A DNA stretch of 64,000 nucleotides, taken from assembly GCA_965205015.1 (NCBI GenBank), contig OZ242029.1:3872001-3936000 (forward strand), given 5' to 3'. Within the stretch, counting starts at the first letter, position 1. Every line of letters starts with the position of its first letter. This DNA is from Candidatus Poribacteria bacterium. Its GTDB lineage: Bacteria > Poribacteria > WGA-4E > WGA-3G. Made by a program: the position numbers and the translations under genes. The notes under the pieces are model-generated. The model worked only from the letters and a program-made list of their open reading frames with translations. It was not told the origin of the DNA and ran no database searches. Below, piece by piece: positions 50,062 through 58,551 of this stretch.

Positions 50062-50126
50062 TTTTTTATTATTATCCTTATTGGTTTCTCTCCGTTGTTG
50101 AGAAACGAACGGTTTATTAGAAAAGA

Positions 50127-50341
50127 TTGGGCAGGTACAAGACCTGCCCCTACGGTTTGTGGTGTGCTTGCTTCACTGGTAATTGGGCAGGTACAAGACC
50201 TGCCCCTACAGTTTGTGGTGTGCTTGCTTCACTGGTACTTGGGCAGGTACAAGACCTGCCCCTACGGTTTGTGGTGTGCTTGCTTCACTGGCACTTGGGC
50301 AGGTACAAGACCTGCCCCTACGGTTTGTGGTGTGCTTGCTT
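50127..50341. repeat. Tandem array of ~3.8 x 56-bp units, each carrying a GTAG-type REP hairpin
   Basis: Units start at 50127, 50183, 50239 and 50295. Core GGGCAGGTACAAGACCTGCCC-CTAC; linkers near-identical. Confidence 0.92.
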
Positions 50342-50401
50342 GGGGATCAGAATCCCTTTACACTACCACATGTTTAACCAATCGCCGATGACTGATAACC
50401 G

Positions 50402-51835
50402 TTAAAAAACTGAATTTTGTGCGGGAGTGAGCATGAGTGATGGCAGAATACCGATAAGCAATACACCAATCGCCGCGAGAACTAATCCCACAACAAGTGT
50501 GCTGGGATACGACGCGAATGGCAGTTCCTCTTCCGGTTCACGCATATACATCGTGACAACAACTCGGAGATAGTAAAATGCCGATATTGCTGTGTTGATT
50601 GCTCCAATAATAACAAGCCAGATATGTCCTGCTTGAACGGCCGATTTAAAGATATAGAATTTCCCAACGAACCCGGCAGTCGGTGGAAAACCGGCGAGTG
50701 ATAAAAGCATTATCGTCATAAACATGGCAAGTAACGGCTTTCGGAGACCGAGTCCAGCGTAATCGGAAATCATGAGACTCTCACCGTCCTCTGTTTTCGC
50801 CAAGATGACCGCACCGAAAGCACCGATATTCATCACACAATAAACGAGCAGGTAAAGCATGGCACTCGAAATTCCGTCGTTATTTGCAGCCGCTAAGCCT
50901 ATTAGGACGTAACCTGCGTGTGCGATACTTGAATACGCGAGCATCCGTTTTATGCTTGTCTGTGCAATCGCAATGACATTTCCGACTGTCATCGTTAACA
51001 TTGCCAACACAATGACAACACTACTCCATTCGACTTGCAGATTTGGTAGTGCTTCCATGAAAATTCTGAGGAACGCTGCAAACCCAGCCGCCTTGGGTCC
51101 AGCGGAGATAAACGCGGCTATCGTTGTGGGTGCGCCTTCGTACACATCGGGTGCCCATTGATGGAACGGAACAATAGCAACCTTAAATCCAAATCCGACA
51201 ATAAGAAGGAACATACCCGCTAACAACAGTGGCGATTTATTTGCGGCAGTGATCGCTTCAGCAATCGCGGGGACATTCGTCGTTCCGGCACCCCCATAAA
51301 TAAGAGCGATCCCGTAGAGGAAGAACGCGCTTGCAAACGCACCGAGCAATAGGTATTTCATGCCCGCCTCGCTGGAAGCAGGATTATCTCGAAAATAACC
51401 CGCCAACACATACAGCGATAATGACATCAGTTCCAAGCCGAGGAAGACAATAATCAACTCATTGCCGGCAGCCATCAACATCATACCGAACGTCGCCAGC
51501 AGAATGAGTAGGTAGTAAGGTCCCTGCTTTCTGTCGTCCCTGTCCAGATAACTCATCGAAATCAAAGCGACCAGAATCGTCGAAACAAGGAAAATAATGT
51601 TGAAGAAGAGTGAGAAATTATCCACCTTGAACATATCGTTGAACTGCGTGCCGACTGTACCTGCTTGATGCATCTGGATAGAGACCCACAGGGCAATCCC
51701 AGCCCCAACGATCGTCATCCAGCCAAGAATCGCTTTTGAAATGCCGTCAAACAGGTCAAAAACGAGGACGATGAGCAACGTTAAAGCGATAATCAGTTCC
51801 GGCATCAGTAATTGCCAGTTAATCTCTATTGGCAT
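50402..51835 (-). CDS. nuoN: NADH-quinone oxidoreductase subunit N
   Basis: LELMSL, EAGMKY, FKVAIVPFHQWAPDVYEGAP, KRMLAYSSIAH and GFVGKF motifs. Confidence 0.95.
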   Translation of the reverse strand: MPIEINWQLLMPELIIALTLLIVLVFDLFDGISKAILGWMTIVGAGIALWVSIQMHQAGTVGTQFNDMFKVDNFSLFFNIIFLVSTILVALISMSYLDRDDRKQGPYYLLILLATFGMMLMAAGNELIIVFLGLELMSLSLYVLAGYFRDNPASSEAGMKYLLLGAFASAFFLYGIALIYGGAGTTNVPAIAEAITAANKSPLLLAGMFLLIVGFGFKVAIVPFHQWAPDVYEGAPTTIAAFISAGPKAAGFAAFLRIFMEALPNLQVEWSSVVIVLAMLTMTVGNVIAIAQTSIKRMLAYSSIAHAGYVLIGLAAANNDGISSAMLYLLVYCVMNIGAFGAVILAKTEDGESLMISDYAGLGLRKPLLAMFMTIMLLSLAGFPPTAGFVGKFYIFKSAVQAGHIWLVIIGAINTAISAFYYLRVVVTMYMREPEEELPFASYPSTLVVGLVLAAIGVLLIGILPSLMLTPAQNSVF

Positions 51836-51910
51836 TCGAAATCTCCATAAAATGGTTGTCAGTTAAGAGGGTTTCCTGTAACAATTGATGTCATTATTCA
51901 ATCAAGTGTA

Positions 51911-53404
51911 TTAGCGTAGGAACACAAACGTTACAATCACAAAGAGCGGGACTAAAATTACTACCGACCAGAGCATGTATCCGAAGAAACTCGGCATACG
52001 GATACCGCTTTGTTCCGCGATTGCTTTCACCATGAAGTTCGGCGCATTGCCGATATAGGTATTCGCACCCATAAACACCGCTCCAACAGAGATAGCCGTT
52101 AGCAATTTGACAAACTCTAAGTGCTCGGGACCAGTCAATTGTCCAGACAGAATTTCCGGTATTACGGCTTCAGTGAGATGCAATTTCCCGAGTGCTGTGT
52201 TGAAAAACGTCAAGTAGGTCGGGGCATTGTCTAAGAAACTTGACAGAATTCCTGTTATCCAGAAGTAGTGCATCGGTTCTTTTATCGCCCCAATTAACCC
52301 ACGTAACGCGCCGTTTTCACCGGCTTTTAGAATGGCTAATGCTGGAATAATGGTCATAAAGATACCGGCGAATACTTTGGCGACCTCTTCAATCGGCTCC
52401 CACGAAAACTCGTTCTCCTGACGCAACTTACCACTAAAGGGTGTGAACCTGAGAGATAACAGTCCCATGACGACAATCAACACATCGCGTGCAATATTTT
52501 GCCAGTATACGTGCACACCAAAGATATTGACTTCTCCCCACTTGAAACTACCACTCATTAAGACAGCAGCGACGATACCGAGGAGGAAGACGAGGTTAAA
52601 AAGTCCGTCTACGCGGATCGGTTCGTTGGTTCCATCGTCTGGCACGACACCGCCTTCCCGTTTAAACATGAATGTGTCTAACACAAAGAAAAGCACAATT
52701 AAGATCACACTAATAAAGAGCATGTGCGGGAAGAGAGCCGTCGTCGTCCAGAAGAAAGGGACGTTGTGCAAGAATCCCAAAAAGAGCGGCGGGTCGCCCA
52801 AGGGTGTTAAGGAACCCCCGATGTTACTTACGAGAAAGATAAAGAAGATGACCAGATGGACCTTGCTCTGCCGATACGCGTTTGCTCGAATGAGCGGGCG
52901 GATGAGGAGCATGGACGCGCCTGTTGTACCGACCCATGAGGCGATAGCGGTGCCGATAAGCAGCAACAATGTGTTAACGATCGGCGTACCCCGTAAGGTG
53001 CCACGCACGAGAATTCCACCTGCGACTGTAAACAATCCCCACAAGAGAATAATGAACGGGATATAGTCTATCAGGTAGATATGCAGGATATCGTAAAACG
53101 CTTCTCCTTGAAACGCTATGAGATACGGAATAGCGAAAGCTAACGCCCAAACCAATGACATTTTTCCGCCGTGGTGGACAAGAAAATGGGAATCCAACAC
53201 GAGTGGGAAAATCGCAATAGAGAGAAGTATACCAACGAAGGGAATGATGCTCCAAATAGGTAATTTCGCGCCATCTACGCCGTGACCATGATGTGCATCG
53301 CCCCCGTGTGCGTCGTCTGCTCCGAAGGAAACCCCCACTGAAACTGACAATGCCATCCCTAAAATTAGACAAAAAATAAGACCTGATGCAAGTTTAAACT
53401 TCAT
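51911..53404 (-). CDS. Ion-transporter-superfamily membrane protein (putative Na+/H+ antiporter, CitMHS_2-like)
   Basis: GTTGASMLL, NIGGSLTPLGDPPLFLGFL, SSFLDNAPTY and GANTYIGNAPNFMV motifs; His-rich N-terminal stretch. Confidence 0.82.
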   Translation of the reverse strand: MKFKLASGLIFCLILGMALSVSVGVSFGADDAHGGDAHHGHGVDGAKLPIWSIIPFVGILLSIAIFPLVLDSHFLVHHGGKMSLVWALAFAIPYLIAFQGEAFYDILHIYLIDYIPFIILLWGLFTVAGGILVRGTLRGTPIVNTLLLLIGTAIASWVGTTGASMLLIRPLIRANAYRQSKVHLVIFFIFLVSNIGGSLTPLGDPPLFLGFLHNVPFFWTTTALFPHMLFISVILIVLFFVLDTFMFKREGGVVPDDGTNEPIRVDGLFNLVFLLGIVAAVLMSGSFKWGEVNIFGVHVYWQNIARDVLIVVMGLLSLRFTPFSGKLRQENEFSWEPIEEVAKVFAGIFMTIIPALAILKAGENGALRGLIGAIKEPMHYFWITGILSSFLDNAPTYLTFFNTALGKLHLTEAVIPEILSGQLTGPEHLEFVKLLTAISVGAVFMGANTYIGNAPNFMVKAIAEQSGIRMPSFFGYMLWSVVILVPLFVIVTFVFLR

Positions 53405-53416
53405 TTATGATCGAGA

Positions 53417-53441
53417 GTCGCGATTCGGAGATCGCTCCTAC
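53417..53441 (-). repeat. GTAG-type REP palindrome overlapping the nuoM stop codon
   Basis: Minus strand GTAGGAGCGATCTCCGAATCGCGAC. Confidence 0.6.
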
Positions 53442-55000
53442 TGTCCTGCCTCCTTTTCAATCTTTTCGTGTTGTGTGTGCTGTGTTCCGTGTAGAGCGAG
53501 TTCGGTGTCTTGTACTCTTTGCTCGCTCGCGCGTCCTATAGCGGGTTCGGTTTGCACCTGCGTTACGACAAGTCCTACTGATTTCTCCATCTTACTCAGG
53601 AAAGGTTTTGGATAAACGCCGATCCAGACGATGAACAGGAGTATCGGAAGCATCACAACGATTTCGCGTGCGTTCAAGTCAGGCAAGGCTTCATTTGTTT
53701 TATCCAGCGTCCCGAACATCACGCGTTGGAACATCCACAGCATATACACGGCTGCGAGAATTACACCTGCTGTTGCCAGAACCACATATACCTTCGAGAA
53801 GGCGCCCTGAACAAAACTACCGAACAGTATCATATATTCGCCGACGAATCCATTCAAACCTGGGAGTCCAATTGACGATAACGTCACCACCATAAAAATT
53901 GTAGCAAAGATCGGCATACGTTTTGCCAAGCCCCCGAAATCCACAATCATCCTGCTGTGTCTTCGCTCATAAATCATTCCGACCAAAAGGAACAACGCGC
54001 CCGTACTCAAGCCGTGATTAATCATTTGTAAGACACTGCCTTGAATACCGGCGGGATTTTTAGAAAACAACCCCAACACCACAAATCCAAGGTGGCTTAC
54101 ACTGGAATATGCGACCAGTTTTTTCAGATCGGGTTGGACCATTGCTACCAATGCTCCATAGATGATGCCTATGACAGCGAGTGGTACAATCAACGGCGTG
54201 AATTCAGCCGCTGCATCGGGAAAGAGGGGTAAGCAAAATCGGATGATCCCGTATGTCCCCATCTTCAGCAGCACCCCGGCAAGTATGACACTGCCCACCG
54301 TAGGGGCTTCAACGTGGGCATCGGGTAGCCACGTATGGAAGGGAAAGAGCGGAACCTTAATGGCGAAGGCAATGAAGAACGCCAAGAACAATAGATGTGA
54401 ATGTTCAAACGGACCGCTGAGCGTTGTGAGATCGAAACTGTTGTTGTTTTGGAAGTAGAGTGCCAAGATGCCAACCAGCATTAGCGCACTACCCGCCATT
54501 GTATAAAGCACGAACTTCACAGTCGCATAAATTCGACGCTCCCCACCCCAAATACCGATGAGGAAGTACATCGGAATCAGCATTGATTCCCAAAATACAA
54601 AAAAGAGGAATAGATCCAACGCACAGAAGACACCTAACATCCCGGTCTCAAGCGCAAGGAGCGACATCATAAAACCGCTGAGCCCTTTCTCGATCGAGTT
54701 CCAGGCGGCGAGGATACACACCGGCGTCAGGAAAGTTGTGAGTAACACTAACCATAGCGAAATGCCATCGATGCCGATGTGGTAGCTTGTACCTAAACCG
54801 GGGATCCACGCCTGCTGTGTGACGTTTTGGAACGTTGCGGTCTCTGTATCAAACCCGGTGTAAAGCCCCAATGAGACAATAAACGTCAGGAGTCCAATGA
54901 CAAGTGCAATGCCTTTGACAGCGGATGCCCCAAGTCCTCTGAGCAACGCGATCGCTATCACGCCGAGTAGTGGTAAAAAGATGACTATTGAGAGTAGCAA
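53438..55000 (-). CDS. nuoM: NADH-quinone oxidoreductase subunit M
   Basis: GIDGISL, FWE..LIPMY, KVPLFPFHTWLPDAHVEAP, LLKMG and GLPGLNGFVGE motifs; TTG start with SD AGGAG. Confidence 0.95.
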   Translation of the reverse strand: MLLSIVIFLPLLGVIAIALLRGLGASAVKGIALVIGLLTFIVSLGLYTGFDTETATFQNVTQQAWIPGLGTSYHIGIDGISLWLVLLTTFLTPVCILAAWNSIEKGLSGFMMSLLALETGMLGVFCALDLFLFFVFWESMLIPMYFLIGIWGGERRIYATVKFVLYTMAGSALMLVGILALYFQNNNSFDLTTLSGPFEHSHLLFLAFFIAFAIKVPLFPFHTWLPDAHVEAPTVGSVILAGVLLKMGTYGIIRFCLPLFPDAAAEFTPLIVPLAVIGIIYGALVAMVQPDLKKLVAYSSVSHLGFVVLGLFSKNPAGIQGSVLQMINHGLSTGALFLLVGMIYERRHSRMIVDFGGLAKRMPIFATIFMVVTLSSIGLPGLNGFVGEYMILFGSFVQGAFSKVYVVLATAGVILAAVYMLWMFQRVMFGTLDKTNEALPDLNAREIVVMLPILLFIVWIGVYPKPFLSKMEKSVGLVVTQVQTEPAIGRASEQRVQDTELALHGTQHTQHEKIEKEAGQ

Positions 55001-55018
55001 AAAAATCTCCTTTTTAAT

Positions 55019-55128
55019 GGTTATCGGCTATCAGTTGTCAGTAGTCGGTTAAAAGACTCTCTATGGAACAATTCATCCCAACTTGGAGTACTCCGAGAAC
55101 ATGAAAATCTCTTAACTGAGAACCGATA
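55019..55128. repeat. Heptamer-array inverted-repeat element
   Basis: GGTTATC GGCTATC AGTTGTC AGTAGTC GGTTAA ... TTAACTGAGAACCGAT. Confidence 0.65.
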
Positions 55129-55169
55129 AATCTCATTGCGATGCAAACTAACGCTTATTTAGTAAAGAG

Positions 55170-55271
55170 TTAGTTTTTATTGGCGTAGTTTATGGCATCT
55201 CGTACAATAACCCCGAGTCCACTAAGTAGTGCCACGACCGTAAATACCGCAATCCATTCTGTCCAACTCAT
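55170..55271 (-). CDS. Putative 33-aa single-TM protein (MSWTEWIAVFTVVALLSGLGVIVRDAINYANKN), below the ORF-track cut-off
   Basis: ATG 3 nt after the preceding stop, SD GGAGG upstream, hydrophobic core. Confidence 0.55.
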   Translation of the reverse strand: MSWTEWIAVFTVVALLSGLGVIVRDAINYANKN

Positions 55272-55274
55272 GGT

Positions 55275-55499
55275 TCAATCCTCCAGTTGATTGATCTTTC
55301 GATATGCCACTCGATTGATACCAATAGAGATAATCGTGAAAACAAGAGCACCAATCATATTGAGTATAAGTAGCACTCGGCCAGCTTTTCCATAGTTCTG
55401 AAGGACCCAAGCCCCTTCAGATAGAGCAGTGGCAATAGACATAGCAAATATCACCTTTAACCATCCAATTTCTTCCTTAAGTTTGTTGCTGTGTTCCAT
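55275..55499 (-). CDS. Small 2-TM hypothetical protein
   Basis: 74 aa, KLKEEIGWLK followed by two hydrophobic segments; SD-like AAGGGTGA. Confidence 0.7.
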   Translation of the reverse strand: MEHSNKLKEEIGWLKVIFAMSIATALSEGAWVLQNYGKAGRVLLILNMIGALVFTIISIGINRVAYRKINQLED

Positions 55500-55590
55500 C
55501 CAATATCACCCTTCTTGAGAAAATAAATCACTATTTCTTCCTCCATCAGTGTTCCACAAAGAGGGAAGACACATTCAAGATACAAACGCG

Positions 55591-57492
55591 CTAAGTAAAA
55601 AACAGATAGTATGCGAGGAATAACACGATTCCGAGAACCATTGATACAATGTACGCTTGGACAAGCCCTGTTTGGAGACGACGCAACGTTCCCCCAATAA
55701 ATCGGATAATAGATCCCACGCCGTTGACGATCCCATCAATAATACCGTTATCTACAATCCGCCAGAGTAGGTAATGCGAACCGTTTTTAATCGGTTGCAC
55801 GATGAGCGCGTTATATACCTCATCGACATAGTATTTGTTCGCGAGCAGCTTGTGTAAGGCATTGGTGGGTTCATCGGATGGTGTTCTTTCGCGATAGCGT
55901 GACCATGCGAACGCAATACCTGCCAAACCGACTATAGATGAAATCACCATGAACAGGATTACATTACCCGATGCCTCATGGTGCGCTTCTGGAAAAACGC
56001 TCTTCGTGAAATCGTGGAACCAACTTTCATGTCCACCCCACCCTAAAAGCAAGCCGATCAAGGCAGAAGGAATCGCCAGAATTGCGAGCGGGACCCACAT
56101 GACCGGTGGCGATTCGTGCAGATGCGAATCAACATCGGGGTCAACACGGGATTCACCATAAAATGTCACAAAGATTAAGCGGAACATATAAAACGCCGTC
56201 AAGAATGCGGTGACTAAACCGATGACGTAAATAATAGGCGAGCTCCCCCAAGCACTGTGCAAAATTTCATCTTTGCTCCAGAAACCGCTCAGGAACGGAA
56301 ATCCTGCAATAGCAAGAGCCCCGACTAAAAAGGTCCAGTGCGTTATCGGCATCTTTGCCTTTAAGCCGCCCATCTTTCGCATATCCAATTCATTCGCCAT
56401 GGCGTGCATCACGCTACCAGCGGTAAGGAACATCAGCCCTTTAAAGAAGGCATGCGTTACTAAATGGAAAATGCCTGAGGCATAAGCCCCAACGCCAACA
56501 CCAAGGAACATATACCCGAGTTGGCTGACAGTGGAATAGGCGAGGATGCGTTTTATATCGTTCTGGGTAAGTGCTATCGTTGCGGCGAAGAAAGCAGTTA
56601 AAACGCCGATCCACGCGACCACTTCGCCGGTATGTGCTATATTATAAAGCACAGCGGAGCGTGCTATCATATAGACGCCCGCCGTTACCATTGTTGCGGC
56701 GTGAATCAATGCACTAACAGGTGTAGGACCTTCCATTGCATCCGGGAGCCATACATAGAGCGGAATCTGTGCCGATTTACCTATTGCTCCAACGAAGAGT
56801 AGCAAGGTCGCGATTACGAGGGTACTGGCACCAAAGACTTTCTGAAAATTATCTGCCTCAGCAGCATCAAATATCGATGTGAAATCGAGGGTTCCGAACG
56901 CAGCGAACAGGGTAAACATACCCAACAGGAACCCGAAGTCGCCGATCCGGTTGACGATGAACGCCTTTTTTCCAGCGTCTGTCGCTGTTTGCTTCTCATA
57001 CCAGAATCCGATGAGGAGATATGAGCAGAGTCCAACGCCTTCCCATCCGACGAACATCATCAGATAGTTGTTTCCGAGGACCAAGATTAGCATTGCAAAG
57101 ACGAATAGGTTCAGATAGGCAAAATAGCGTGTATAGCCTGCATCGCCATGCATGTAGCCAATCGAATAGACGTGAATGAGAAATCCGACCCCGGTAATCA
57201 CTAACAACATGACTGAGGTGAGTGCGTCCACACGGAACCCGATATTGAAAGCGAACGACTCGCCTGTAATCCATTCATATAGGGTTTCATCGAACGGGGC
57301 AGCACCGCCGTGCAAACTGGCAAAAGCGATAATCGAACAGACTAAAGAGACAAGCACTGCAAGCGAACCTATCCACCCGCTGAGTTGCTCGTTCCCTTTT
57401 AGCCCCTTATTTTGTGCAAGTCCGAATAACCCGTTAATCAGAAACCCAACAAGTGGGGCAACTAACAGGACAACAATTAATTCTATTGTCAT
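55591..57492 (-). CDS. nuoL: NADH-quinone oxidoreductase subunit L
   Basis: GWEGVG, NRIGD, KSAQIPL..WLPDAMEGPTPVSALIHAATMV, HAFFK and GFWSKDEI motifs. Confidence 0.96.
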   Translation of the reverse strand: MTIELIVVLLVAPLVGFLINGLFGLAQNKGLKGNEQLSGWIGSLAVLVSLVCSIIAFASLHGGAAPFDETLYEWITGESFAFNIGFRVDALTSVMLLVITGVGFLIHVYSIGYMHGDAGYTRYFAYLNLFVFAMLILVLGNNYLMMFVGWEGVGLCSYLLIGFWYEKQTATDAGKKAFIVNRIGDFGFLLGMFTLFAAFGTLDFTSIFDAAEADNFQKVFGASTLVIATLLLFVGAIGKSAQIPLYVWLPDAMEGPTPVSALIHAATMVTAGVYMIARSAVLYNIAHTGEVVAWIGVLTAFFAATIALTQNDIKRILAYSTVSQLGYMFLGVGVGAYASGIFHLVTHAFFKGLMFLTAGSVMHAMANELDMRKMGGLKAKMPITHWTFLVGALAIAGFPFLSGFWSKDEILHSAWGSSPIIYVIGLVTAFLTAFYMFRLIFVTFYGESRVDPDVDSHLHESPPVMWVPLAILAIPSALIGLLLGWGGHESWFHDFTKSVFPEAHHEASGNVILFMVISSIVGLAGIAFAWSRYRERTPSDEPTNALHKLLANKYYVDEVYNALIVQPIKNGSHYLLWRIVDNGIIDGIVNGVGSIIRFIGGTLRRLQTGLVQAYIVSMVLGIVLFLAYYLFFT

Positions 57493-57578
57493 TTTTTATC
57501 CTTACTATTGGTTCGAGATATTCAGTAAGAGATTTGTGACGCGCATTAGAATCTTCTTTAACTGATAACCAATTTTGC

Positions 57579-57878
57579 TTAGCCTTTCAATGAATTAACC
57601 TCATCTACATTAACCGTCTGCCGGTGTTTGAAGACGCTTACAATAATTGCGAGCCCAATGGCGACCTCAGCGGCAGCAACCGTCATAACAAAGAAAACGA
57701 ATACCTGTCCGGTAGCTTCACCGAGACTCCGACTGATTGCTACAAAAGCGAGATTCGCTGCATTCAGCATCAGTTCAATACACATGAAGATGATAATGGC
57801 ATTCCTGCGGATGAGGACCCCAATGACTCCCGTTGTAAACAGGAGCGCACTCAATATAAGATAATACTCTAATGACAT
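57579..57878 (-). CDS. nuoK: NADH-quinone oxidoreductase subunit K
   Basis: RRN, IELMLNA, GQVF and [10 protein letters not shown] motifs. Confidence 0.95.
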   Translation of the reverse strand: MSLEYYLILSALLFTTGVIGVLIRRNAIIIFMCIELMLNAANLAFVAISRSLGEATGQVFVFFVMTVAAAEVAIGLAIIVSVFKHRQTVNVDEVNSLKG

Positions 57879-57989
57879 TTTTTAACTTTCCTTGCGGTTA
57901 AATGACATGGGTTTGGACTTTAACGCGCCTTTCTCAAATCCGCCTTCCATTATATTACAGGCTACGTTTTTGATGCTATGAAGATAAAC
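57879..57989 (-). repeat. Copy of the CCGCAAGG-AAA-TTAAAAA leader repeat upstream of nuoK
   Basis: Reverse complement GTTTATCTTCATAGCATCAAAAACGTAGCCTGTAATATAATGGAAGGCGG...AACCGCAAGGAAAGTTAAAAAAATG matches 1595-1710. Confidence 0.8.
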
Positions 57990-58012
57990 GCTCCACTGGT
58001 CGATTACCGACT

Positions 58013-58540
58013 TTAATTCTCTTCTTGACTTTCGCGTTTTACTAAGACGATAACGCCAATCAATGCCGCCAGCAAGATAAGCGACGTAACCTCAAACGGT
58101 AAGAGGTACTTACTGAACAAGAGTTCGCCGATGTCATACGTCGTTGTCGTTACCGATGCAGCCGCGGATTCTGCCGATGCCACTGCGGTGTCATTGAGCG
58201 CATTCACTGCGATATAGATGCCTTCGGCGGCAAAAAGGATGCCTAAGATAATGGCGAACCCCTTCAGTTTCCTTCCAATAGCACCTTTCGCCGAGAGTGT
58301 CCCCAAGTTCAGGAGCATAATCACAAAGAGGAACAGGACCATAATCGCGCCAGCATAGACGATGACTTGGACCGCCGCAACGAAATGTGCGCCCAATAGG
58401 ACAAAAAGCCCGGCTTGTGCGAAAAACGTTACAATCAGTGAAAGCGCGCTATAAATCGGATGTCGAAACGAAATGACAGCAATCGCGCCAATCAGCGAGA
58501 CCGCTCCAAAGAGAATAAATAGAATCTGTTCTGCATTCAT
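58013..58540 (-). CDS. nuoJ: NADH-quinone oxidoreductase subunit J
   Basis: QVIVYAGAIMVLFLFVIML and YLLPFE motifs. Confidence 0.95.
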   Translation of the reverse strand: MNAEQILFILFGAVSLIGAIAVISFRHPIYSALSLIVTFFAQAGLFVLLGAHFVAAVQVIVYAGAIMVLFLFVIMLLNLGTLSAKGAIGRKLKGFAIILGILFAAEGIYIAVNALNDTAVASAESAAASVTTTTYDIGELLFSKYLLPFEVTSLILLAALIGVIVLVKRESQEEN

Positions 58541-58551
58541 AAGCGTGCCTC

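Noticed and set aside
50127-50341. Possible CRISPR array, and the repetitive ORFs over it (50095-50405)
   Set aside because: The would-be spacers are near-identical and no cas genes are present. The ORFs are translations of the tandem repeat.
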